A stretch of DNA of 64,000 nt from positions 64,292 to 128,291 of the forward strand of contig DAISVY010000008.1 in assembly GCA_036826635.1 (NCBI GenBank). Reading direction: 5' to 3'. The translations under genes and the position numbers were made by a program. Each line of letters starts with the position of its first letter. The stretch's first letter is position 1. This document shows, piece by piece, positions 44,428 to 54,919 of the stretch. The notes below the pieces were generated by a model. That model was not told where the DNA came from. It made no database searches and saw only the letters and a list, made by a program, of their open reading frames with translations. This stretch comes from Candidatus Zixiibacteriota bacterium (GTDB lineage: Bacteria > Zixibacteria > MSB-5A5 > GN15 > FEB-12).

Positions 44428-45372
44428 TTGTCAAAAATCGTCAGACCTGTAATCGTTGTAAGTAAATGCCTGACCGGGGCAAAGTGTCGCTATGACGGTG
44501 TTTCCCGTGACAATTCGTTCGTACGAGGCCTCAGGGATTACGCCCGCCTGACAGCGGTTTGTCCCGAGATGGAAATCGGCCTCGGTTGTCCTCGCGACCG
44601 CATCATTGTTGTCCCGACCAGGTCCGACACAACCCTGCACCAGCCCGCTACCGGCCGTAACCTTACGCGCCAGATGACCGCTTTCTCTCGTCGCTACCTG
44701 AACGCGCTGGGCGAGGTAGACGGCTTTCTCCTCAAAAGCAAGTCTCCCTCGTGCGGTTTGAGAGATTGCAAATGGTTCGAGACCGCCGACGAAAACGCCC
44801 GTATCGTTGCTCGCGGTCCCGGCCTTTTCGCCAGGGAAGTTCTCAGGCAACACCCGGACCTTCCGCTGGAAGACGAACGCCGGACGCAACAACGCCGGAT
44901 TCGTGAACATTGGCTGACGGTTGTTTTTGCTCGGGCGGCTTTTCGAAGAATCAAAAAAAACCGGTCATACTCCGCCCTGAGAACGTTTCACGACAAGAAC
45001 CGGGACCTCTTACGACTGTACAGTCGCAAACACGAACGCCTGCTTGACCAGCTAATCTCCGAACCTTCAGCCCCAACCGCAACAACACTCATAAACACCT
45101 ATGAGCAACTCTTCACGGCCGCCTTCAAAAAAAGGCCCCGGCGCGGTTCAGCCAGACCGATGCTGCTGGCGGCCCTGGCCCATTACTCCCCCAACTTGTG
45201 GAAAAAAGACAAACGCGATTTTGAAAAGGCCCTTGAGTTGTATTCCGAAGGTCAGTGGGAACTTGGTGATATTATCAAAACCGTCCAGATCTGGGCGGTC
45301 CGCTACGACAAGACATTCACTCGCCAACAGACGTTCTGGCAACCTTACCCCAGGCAGCTCCTTAACACCTGA
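44428..45372 (+). CDS. DUF523 (TudS-like Fe-S) plus DUF1722 fusion protein (YbgA-like)
   Basis: VVSKCLTGAKCRYDG N-terminal Cys motif typical of DUF523; helical C-terminal half resembles DUF1722. TTG start per the track. Confidence 0.65.
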   Translation: MSKIVRPVIVVSKCLTGAKCRYDGVSRDNSFVRGLRDYARLTAVCPEMEIGLGCPRDRIIVVPTRSDTTLHQPATGRNLTRQMTAFSRRYLNALGEVDGFLLKSKSPSCGLRDCKWFETADENARIVARGPGLFAREVLRQHPDLPLEDERRTQQRRIREHWLTVVFARAAFRRIKKNRSYSALRTFHDKNRDLLRLYSRKHERLLDQLISEPSAPTATTLINTYEQLFTAAFKKRPRRGSARPMLLAALAHYSPNLWKKDKRDFEKALELYSEGQWELGDIIKTVQIWAVRYDKTFTRQQTFWQPYPRQLLNT

Positions 45373-45414
45373 AGCCATCCCTCGGCGTCTTCTCCCCCAC
45401 CGATAAAATCGCCC

Positions 45415-46215
45415 TCAACCCATTTTTCTTGCACAGACAATCATCTCACCGGGGTCTGTTGTCCCGAATGGCGTGCGATCATAGCCGCCCCAGATGTTCT
45501 CTATCGAGAAACCGACCCGCGCCAGAAGATGCTCCACTTCGTAACGGAACAAGTAACGTAGCGGAAAGGCCTGCACCAGGCGTTCCTCGGTTCCATCGGG
45601 GTATTTCACGTAGTAGATCATCTCGCAGCTTATGATTTGCTCGGCCCGATCCACCCGTTCGTTGCGATAGCGCATAATCACCCGTCGGCCGTCCGGCATC
45701 GTGAACGGAGGTTCCTCGCCGAATTCATCGGTGCCGCTGTCGTCCATGAGAACAGGCGGGTGCGGATTGAAAAGATCAAGAATCAGGCGACTGTCGGCGT
45801 CCATGTGACGATGAATCGAAGCCAGACAGGCGATCTGATCCGGCACCGTGACAAGAGCCTGAAACGACCGAAACGGCGTAATGATCAACCCGAATGTCCG
45901 GTCCAGATTAAACCCGCACATGCTCTGATGGACCAACTCAATCCGCTTTTGAGTTTCCTCGGGTTCGGAGAGCACTCTCGCCCGACAGATTTCAAGCATG
46001 TTCCGAGCGATATCCAGACCGACAATTTCAAACCCCGCCCGGGCGACCGGCAAAAGCACCCGTCCCGTACCGCAACCCAATTCCAGAACCGGTCCGCCAA
46101 ACTCGTTAGCCGATGCGATATAAAAATCAAGGTCGGCTCGTTCCTGAGCAAACGCAACGTGGTCGTAGAAGTCAGCGGCAAAATCGAAATCGGCGTAGCC
46201 TCCCGATGTATTCAT
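45415..46215 (-). CDS. class I SAM-dependent methyltransferase
   Basis: VLELGCGTGRV motif I; 266 aa. Confidence 0.8.
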   Translation of the reverse strand: MNTSGGYADFDFAADFYDHVAFAQERADLDFYIASANEFGGPVLELGCGTGRVLLPVARAGFEIVGLDIARNMLEICRARVLSEPEETQKRIELVHQSMCGFNLDRTFGLIITPFRSFQALVTVPDQIACLASIHRHMDADSRLILDLFNPHPPVLMDDSGTDEFGEEPPFTMPDGRRVIMRYRNERVDRAEQIISCEMIYYVKYPDGTEERLVQAFPLRYLFRYEVEHLLARVGFSIENIWGGYDRTPFGTTDPGEMIVCARKMG

Positions 46216-46335
46216 AAATCCGTTCTCACTCCTGCTTCTTAACTAACAACAATACCCGACAGCCGGCGGCTGGCATATTTATTATGATCTATCTGTCTGG
46301 GACAACCCCGTCACCTTACGACCGAGAGATGGTAC

Positions 46336-46364
46336 AGTATACGCACCGTCCCGCGCCGTGACAA
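46336..46364 (-). promoter_or_regulatory. sigma-70 promoter candidate for the methyltransferase gene
   Basis: Minus strand reads TTGTCA-N17-TATACT, about 113 nt upstream of the ATG at 46215. Confidence 0.55.
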
Positions 46365-46411
46365 GCAGTAACCCCGATCTCCCCGGTTGGTAAAACTAAC
46401 AAAAACGACAG

Positions 46412-46440
46412 GTTAATCGTCCCCTCCCTACCGCCGATAT
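46412..46440 (+). promoter_or_regulatory. sigma-28-type promoter candidate for the secreted ORF 46450-47022
   Basis: GTTAA-N16-GCCGATAT, then 9 nt, then ATG; implies a leaderless or near-leaderless mRNA. Confidence 0.4.
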
Positions 46441-46449
46441 AACTGGAAT

Positions 46450-47022
46450 ATGAGACGAATATCGCTTTACCTGTCGCTTCTGCTCGGCCTGACCCTGAGT
46501 AGCGCCACGGCGCAAACGGAGACAGACTTAGACAGCAACGTCGCGTTCTATGAAGGGGAATCGTTCAATTACGTCATCTATCCGCCGGACGGATTCAGGA
46601 TGGTTACCGACGAGGCTGCGTACGACGGTTATTCTTTCGCCTTTGTTCCGGAACCGTCGACTTACGACAGCTCGGATATAATGATCGGAGTGAACATCTT
46701 CAAAATTCGCGGGCTCGATTTCAATGACATGGTAAAACAGGACACGGCCAGTATCAGAGAGCATTACGGCGCGAACATGCTGATCCGTCCGGTCGATTCG
46801 GTCTTCAGTGGAAGTGGTGATATTCTGCCGACTTTCTATATCGACAACCGCGAGATATTTATCCCTAACGTGATGATCTCATATTACAACGGGAAAACCG
46901 AAGTGCTGATATTCGAACTGGTCATCTCCGAGGGAACGACCCGTTTCAAAGCCGAAGATCTCTTCATCGCTTGCCTGAAAGAATTCAAAGCCATGCCGGT
47001 GGGTGAGCTGGGATACGAATAA
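46450..47022 (+). CDS. hypothetical secreted protein
   Basis: Signal peptide MRRISLYLSLLLGLTLSSATAQ. No recognisable family. Confidence 0.6.
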   Translation: MRRISLYLSLLLGLTLSSATAQTETDLDSNVAFYEGESFNYVIYPPDGFRMVTDEAAYDGYSFAFVPEPSTYDSSDIMIGVNIFKIRGLDFNDMVKQDTASIREHYGANMLIRPVDSVFSGSGDILPTFYIDNREIFIPNVMISYYNGKTEVLIFELVISEGTTRFKAEDLFIACLKEFKAMPVGELGYE

Positions 47023-47049
47023 AAACTTCTCTTATTCCTTTTCGAACAA

Positions 47050-47086
47050 AGAAACCGGCCGGGACATTAAGTCGCGACCGGTTTCT
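47050..47086. terminator. shared hairpin between convergent genes (46450-47022 and clpB)
   Basis: AGAAACCGG...CCGGTTTCT outer stem (9 bp) plus an imperfect inner stem, with T-rich flanks on both strands. Confidence 0.55.
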
Positions 47087-47102
47087 TATTTATCGCAGGT
47101 TC

Positions 47103-49730
<2,628 letters not shown>

Positions 49731-49769
49731 ATATCACCACTCGCTTTCTTCATATATTACGACCGCCGG

Positions 49770-50762
49770 TTATACCTCCCATTCCTCCAGCAGTCGGCGC
49801 TGCTTGTCGGTCAGCGTTTTGGGAATAGAGACTTTGATCTCGACATACAGATCCCCCTGCGTACCGCCCACCGCCAGACCCATGCCCTTGAGTCGCATCG
49901 TTGCGCCCGGCTGGGTACCCGGCGGAACGGTCAAAGCTACGGTTTTCGTCAGGGTCTTCACATTCTTCTTGCAGCCCTTAATGGCTTCGACAAACGAAAT
50001 TTCCAGCGAACTGAAGATATCGTTGCCCTTGCGTTCGAATTGCTGATCCGGCATAACTCTCACCGTTATGATTAAATCACCGTTTTCACCACCGAAAGGC
50101 CCGGGCTGTCCCTGGCCGCGCAGACGGATCTTGCCGCCGTCATCTATTCCCGCCGGGATTTTCACCCGCAGCTTCTTGCCGCCATCGGGACCGCTGACCG
50201 CCATGATACGTTCCGTCCCGGAGATCATCTCCTGAAACGAGATAGTGATCGAACTCGCGATATCGGTCCCTCGCTGCGCTTTTCTGCGACCGCGCGTGAA
50301 TGTCTCCGGCCCCATGCGACTCCCGCTCGCTCCGCCGGCGCTATGCGCCCCACCGAAAAACGAAGACAGGATATCCTCCAGGCCGTTCATTCCGGTGTTG
50401 CCGCGTCCGCCGAAATGGACCTTGAAACCCTGCGCCCCACTGTCCGTGAAATCCGAGAAATCGAAACCATGGGCGCCGAAACCTCCCTGAGCGGCTCGTC
50501 CGAACTGCGAGAAATTGGCCCCGCCCGTCGGACCGCCGGCGAAAGCACCGTACTTGCGCAGCATATCATATTCCTGACGTTTCTGCTTGTCGGAAAGAGT
50601 GCTGTAAGCCTCGGAGATCTCTTTGAATTTCGCCTCGGCCGCCTTGTCGCCCTTGTTGTGATCGGGATGATGCTTCTTGGCCAGCTTGCGGTATGCACGC
50701 TTGATCTCGTCGATCTCGGCGTTTTCGGGAACACCCAATATTTTGTAATAATCAGCGGCCAT
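49770..50762 (-). CDS. DnaJ-class co-chaperone without the zinc-finger domain (CbpA-like)
   Basis: J domain DYYKILGV...[10 protein letters not shown]-rich linker, DnaJ C-terminal domains; no CxxCxGxG repeats. Confidence 0.85.
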   Translation of the reverse strand: MAADYYKILGVPENAEIDEIKRAYRKLAKKHHPDHNKGDKAAEAKFKEISEAYSTLSDKQKRQEYDMLRKYGAFAGGPTGGANFSQFGRAAQGGFGAHGFDFSDFTDSGAQGFKVHFGGRGNTGMNGLEDILSSFFGGAHSAGGASGSRMGPETFTRGRRKAQRGTDIASSITISFQEMISGTERIMAVSGPDGGKKLRVKIPAGIDDGGKIRLRGQGQPGPFGGENGDLIITVRVMPDQQFERKGNDIFSSLEISFVEAIKGCKKNVKTLTKTVALTVPPGTQPGATMRLKGMGLAVGGTQGDLYVEIKVSIPKTLTDKQRRLLEEWEV

Positions 50763-50904
50763 GGTTTATTCAATCCTCGTCTTTCAAAGCATATCATCAA
50801 CTCTCACAACTTAGTCACATTAAACTCTTTTTACAAGAAAGGCCGACCGCAAGTGGCCGACCTTTCCTCTTGTCAGAGCAATGTAGAATGGCACAGAATG
50901 TCAC

Positions 50905-51342
50905 TTACGCAACCTTCACCTCGATCTGTTTCGGCTTGACTTCCTCAAGCTTCGGCATCGTCACTTCCAGCATGCCGTTCTTGTAGTCAGCCGAAATCTT
51001 CTCGTGGTTGACCGTCTCGGGCAAAGTGAACGAGCGGCAGAAAGCCCCGCTTGAAATCTCACTGCGCACATAGTCGTCTTCCTTGACCTCGCGCTTCAAT
51101 TCACGGGTACCGGAAACGGTCAGGGTACCGTCGTCCATCGTTACCTTGATGTCCTTCTTTTCCATGCCGGGCAGTTCGAAAGTCAGGCGAACATCATCCT
51201 TGGTTTCGTGGATGTTCACCCTCGGGACAAACTCACTGTCGTCTTCGGCAGACCGCCGCGGGAAACGTAAGAAATCATCAAAGAACTGGTCAAAGTCTCT
51301 GGCCCACAGGCTGCGGTTGGGGCGAATCATCATCTTGGTCAT
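50905..51342 (-). CDS. Hsp20/alpha-crystallin small heat-shock protein
   Basis: 145 aa; PRVNIHETKDDVRLTFELPGMEKKDIKV...GMLEVTMPK. Confidence 0.9.
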   Translation of the reverse strand: MTKMMIRPNRSLWARDFDQFFDDFLRFPRRSAEDDSEFVPRVNIHETKDDVRLTFELPGMEKKDIKVTMDDGTLTVSGTRELKREVKEDDYVRSEISSGAFCRSFTLPETVNHEKISADYKNGMLEVTMPKLEEVKPKQIEVKVA

Positions 51343-51393
51343 TTTACTTACCTCCTTATTTTCCTTCTTTTTCTGTCGTTCGACCCCAGGTAA

Positions 51394-51409
51394 GACAAGT
51401 GTCGTGCCA
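51394..51409 (-). promoter_or_regulatory. sigma-54-like element upstream of hsp20 (deviant -12)
   Basis: Minus strand reads TGGCACG-ACAC-TTGTC. The -24 half is perfect, but the -12 is GT instead of GC. It lies about 52 nt upstream of the ATG at 51342. Confidence 0.3.
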
Positions 51410-51518
51410 AAACATTTAAGTCGTTATTTTTCAATAAGTTAATAAAAAGGCCGCCAAGCGCACCAAAAGCCACACCGCCATTACGGCAGGCCAATGGCAC
51501 ATTTTGGCAGACACGACA

Positions 51519-51550
51519 CGCCGATATGACAGCAGTCTGCCATATCGGCG
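51519..51550. repeat. 14-bp inverted repeat (one mismatch) downstream of the 739-aa HEAT gene
   Basis: CGCCGATATGACAG-CAGT-CTGCCATATCGGCG. Each arm carries GCCGATAT on one strand. No T-run follows on the minus strand. Confidence 0.6.
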
Positions 51551-51569
51551 GTAAATCCAGCCTGTGAAC
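51542..51569 (-). promoter_or_regulatory. sigma-28-type promoter-like element about 200 nt upstream of hsp20
   Basis: Minus strand reads GTTCA-N15-GCCGATAT. The -10 is also one arm of the inverted repeat at 51519-51550. Confidence 0.35.
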
Positions 51570-51573
51570 TAAA

Positions 51574-53793
51574 TCAATAGCGAGAAAGAACCTCTGAAAT
51601 GGCCCTGTTAACCGCAGAATTCTTGAACAAAACCTTGGACGCAGTCGACTGACTTTCCCTGAACTTCTTTATATGCTCAATGGACGGTTTGTCGCCTATC
51701 TGACCGAGTGCCTTAATCACGGCCACTTTCAAATCGTCCCGGGAAACCCGACCACCGGCAAGATCGGCCAGTTTCTGCGGGTCACACAGCAGATCAGTCA
51801 GAAACATCCGGGCTTCTTCACCCCCAAGCTTGCCCAGGGCGGTGACCGCCCGGACAGCTTCCCCGCCTTGGCGACGGGCAATATCGATGAGAATAGGCGC
51901 CGCTTCCGGCTTCCCGGTCAAACCAATAGCGATAATAGCAGCCTCGCGGACTTCCCTGAGCGGATCGTCAGCCATCAGGGTCAAACAATCGACCGCCTCC
52001 TCGCCGCCGATTTTTTCCAGCGCGGCAATGATCTCCCGCCTGACCCGAACATCCTTGTCGGATATCCGCGCGCGAAGAGCCGGAATCCCCTGCTGATCGT
52101 GCAGCGAACCGAGAACGAATATACAATTGCGCACGATGTACCATTTCTCATCCGGGAGCTCATGACGGTCGGACGGTCGTTCCAGCATACTGTCATCGAG
52201 CAGCATACGGGAAAACACCTTCAGCGACGACTTGCCCAGCTCGGCCAGTATTTTCAACGTTAACTGTCTTACTGCGCGAAGAGGATGAGAAATAATACGG
52301 GACAAAGCCAGAGCAACACTCTCCGAACCGATATTAACCAGGGTTTCTTTGATAAACCCGGCCTGATCGTGCTGAGCGGTTGTCAGCTCGGCAATCAATC
52401 GATCTATTATCTCGGGCCGGGCGATATTCTCGAACCCTTTTTTCACGGCCATGGAATCGTAAACGGTCACGTTGTCGTTCACCGTTCGCCGCCCGGCCAT
52501 AGCCTGAACCAGCCGCGCCATCAGATCGTATTGCTTCTCGGCATGACACGACTCGAAGATCTTCCACAGAAGCTCCGAGTATTCGTAGGTTTCGCGGTGC
52601 GACTCCAGACGCCTGACCACACCGTCAACCGCGGCTTCCATCACCACCCGATCGGTAAGAGAGCTTAACTGCCCCACCACGGTTACCAGAAGATTAAGCG
52701 CCAACTGACGGAAACCGGGATTATCGGAACCCATATAATCAATCAGGCGACCGAGCAATTCCTGAGCTTTTATCTGTTGACCGGTTTTCAGCAGACGCAG
52801 GAAACTATCGCTGAATTCCGAGATGTCATACTTGCGCTGCCCCTCCGCAAACATGCTGTCGACCAGTTTGTCAACCTGCCGAACCAGTTCTATCTTTATG
52901 GCTCCGGTCTGAGAATGCGGATCATCCACGCCGCCCGCGACATCAAGCCCACTCGACAGTTTCTGATCGAACCCGTCCACGATGAGGTCATGCTGCGGAT
53001 GACTTTCCACCAGCTTGAACATCGACATATAGCGCCAGGTGGCGTCCTCTTTCTTCTGCGGATCGGCGGCGGGGTCGTTGATCTCACACGTCAGATCGGT
53101 CAGGTAGTCGCGGATTCTCTCTGGCGAAATCGTCGCGATTTTCTCCGCCAGCAGATATTCAAGAATGGCCGGATCGAAATCTATACCGTATTTAAGCAGG
53201 GTCGTATCATGCGCTCCCTGGACTCGGGTAAGCAATCCCAAATCGGTCCCGAACTGATCCATGGCCAAATGCCTGACCGAAAAATCCCCACCGGCGTCGC
53301 CACGATACTTCCGGCGATTCTCAAACAGCTCGAAGGCCGTTTCCGTATTGACCTGAATGGCCTCTACCCCCTGTTTTCTGAGGTAGTCGCTGAAAATGAA
53401 ATCGGGCGTGTTGGCGATCTCCCGCCTGGTCATACTTTCGATAAACGTGGTCAACTCACCGATGGTCATGCGTCGCTCGAAGATGATCGTCTTGACATCG
53501 AGCACCTGGAGCAATTGCACGATCTGATCACTGAACACCGATTCCTTAAGCTGGATATTCATCATGTACAAACGGCCGCGTTCGATGTTCAGAGTCACAA
53601 CGGTTTTGAATCTGAAAATACCGTCGATAACGAAAAACGGTTTCTCGACGGCCTTGGCCGACTGCGGGTGGTCCTTGCCGTAGACCGTCACTTTGCGACA
53701 GGCCATGGCCAACTCACGCACCAGAGCGTGAGCCTCGTCGCAGAGATTGGTACTCAATGTTGATTCTTTAATCGACGTTGTAGATCGCTTCAT
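51574..53793 (-). CDS. 739-aa cytoplasmic protein with an unknown N-terminal region and C-terminal HEAT repeats
   Basis: C-terminal repeats DKDVRVRREIIAALEKIG, DPLREVREAAIIAIGLTG, GGEAVRAVTALGKLG. No TM segment or signal peptide. The ATG at 53793 overlaps the upstream gene by 26 nt (alternative TTG at 53757). Confidence 0.7.
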   Translation of the reverse strand: MKRSTTSIKESTLSTNLCDEAHALVRELAMACRKVTVYGKDHPQSAKAVEKPFFVIDGIFRFKTVVTLNIERGRLYMMNIQLKESVFSDQIVQLLQVLDVKTIIFERRMTIGELTTFIESMTRREIANTPDFIFSDYLRKQGVEAIQVNTETAFELFENRRKYRGDAGGDFSVRHLAMDQFGTDLGLLTRVQGAHDTTLLKYGIDFDPAILEYLLAEKIATISPERIRDYLTDLTCEINDPAADPQKKEDATWRYMSMFKLVESHPQHDLIVDGFDQKLSSGLDVAGGVDDPHSQTGAIKIELVRQVDKLVDSMFAEGQRKYDISEFSDSFLRLLKTGQQIKAQELLGRLIDYMGSDNPGFRQLALNLLVTVVGQLSSLTDRVVMEAAVDGVVRRLESHRETYEYSELLWKIFESCHAEKQYDLMARLVQAMAGRRTVNDNVTVYDSMAVKKGFENIARPEIIDRLIAELTTAQHDQAGFIKETLVNIGSESVALALSRIISHPLRAVRQLTLKILAELGKSSLKVFSRMLLDDSMLERPSDRHELPDEKWYIVRNCIFVLGSLHDQQGIPALRARISDKDVRVRREIIAALEKIGGEEAVDCLTLMADDPLREVREAAIIAIGLTGKPEAAPILIDIARRQGGEAVRAVTALGKLGGEEARMFLTDLLCDPQKLADLAGGRVSRDDLKVAVIKALGQIGDKPSIEHIKKFRESQSTASKVLFKNSAVNRAISEVLSRY

Positions 53794-54919
53794 TTTTCTC
53801 TCCGAAGCAGACTATTTCTCCTGACTGAGTGGCAACGTAAACCCGCCGACCGTCCGTCACCGGACCAAAAGCTATTGCTCCCTCAAGTTCGGCCGCATCC
53901 ACCAGCGTCCCATCATCCGCCTTCAGAACCAGAACCCGTCCGGTCATCGTCCCGACAATTACAAACTCACCGACGGCCAAAGGCGATCCCTTGACGACTT
54001 CACCCGTGGAATAACGCCACAACTGGCGCCCACCGGCCGTTTCCAGGGCAACTACGCCCCCTCCGCTGTGACCGATGAACACCCTGCCGTGGGCCACCAC
54101 CGGGGTTGTCCATATCGGCGCCCCAATATCCTGCTGCCACAGAATCGCACCGCTGGCGGGCTCAAGGGCATATACCCGACCGAGCATATCAGCGACAAAG
54201 ATTCGTTCACCTGCCGCCACCGGACTGACTACGGGTCCGTCAAAGTCAACCTGATAAAGCTCCCGGGCGTCTTCTACTGAAAGAACACAGAGCCGTCCCC
54301 GGTCAACCGGTTGGTACAAGCGACCATCAGCATAACTGACAGCGGCTGCAAGTTGTTGTTCCGGCTCGAAAGCCCAATCCACCTGGCCGTCTTCAAGGGC
54401 GTATGCTTCAAGCTTACCCTCGGTCGACGAAACCAGAAGGCGATTATTCACTATTATCGGAGAAGGTTGAGCATCCTTAACGGGCCGGTTCCAGAGCACC
54501 TTATATCTTATCAGGTCATAGGCATACAGGCGGCTCCGTCGAGGTCCCAAAGCCACGAAACCGAGAGAATCGGCAGTCACCAAACCGCTCTGCGGTACCC
54601 CTTTCAGCTTAATACGCCCCAGCTTTTGTCCCGTAATCAGATCATAAAAGACGATCCTTTTCTTGGTATTGGGATAAATCAGGCAGCCATGGCCAATCGT
54701 CAGCGGCCCGGCGGGTTTCCCGCCATACCGGGTTTGCCAGACGATATTCAGATGCCCGCGAAACTCGCCCGACTCCACCGCACCTGTCGCGGCCGCCGTA
54801 CCGTGCGCAAAAGGCCATTTCTCCTCGAACGAAATCTGGTTTCGCTTCAGATGATAGCGCGCTCCGCAGGAAACCAGCAGAAACAACAAAGGAAACACGA
54901 GCAGCAAACGCCGGAACAT
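53768..54919 (-). CDS. PQQ-like beta-propeller lipoprotein (BamB-like)
   Basis: MFRRLLLVFPLLFLLVSCG lipobox. Repeated xxVYAxDxxxGxxxW blades (RLYAYDLIRYKVLW, GRVYALEPASGAILW, GGVVALETAGGRQLW). The ATG at 54919 overlaps the upstream stop (TGATG); the track GTG start is 54931. Confidence 0.75.
   Translation of the reverse strand: MFRRLLLVFPLLFLLVSCGARYHLKRNQISFEEKWPFAHGTAAATGAVESGEFRGHLNIVWQTRYGGKPAGPLTIGHGCLIYPNTKKRIVFYDLITGQKLGRIKLKGVPQSGLVTADSLGFVALGPRRSRLYAYDLIRYKVLWNRPVKDAQPSPIIVNNRLLVSSTEGKLEAYALEDGQVDWAFEPEQQLAAAVSYADGRLYQPVDRGRLCVLSVEDARELYQVDFDGPVVSPVAAGERIFVADMLGRVYALEPASGAILWQQDIGAPIWTTPVVAHGRVFIGHSGGGVVALETAGGRQLWRYSTGEVVKGSPLAVGEFVIVGTMTGRVLVLKADDGTLVDAAELEGAIAFGPVTDGRRVYVATQSGEIVCFGEKNEAIYNVD

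Noticed and set aside
50848-50877. Imperfect hairpin GAAAGGCCGACC-GCAAGT-GGCCGACCTTTC between hsp20 and the dnaJ-like gene, as a terminator
   Set aside because: It has two internal mismatches and no T-run on the transcribed (minus) strand. It is more likely an intra-operon stabiliser or attenuator, and I cannot support a call.
51494-51508. TGGCAC-ATTTT-GGCA on the plus strand, resembling a sigma-54 -24/-12 element
   Set aside because: The GG-to-GC spacing is one nt short of consensus. It also points toward the 3-prime end of a convergently oriented gene, so there is nothing to transcribe.
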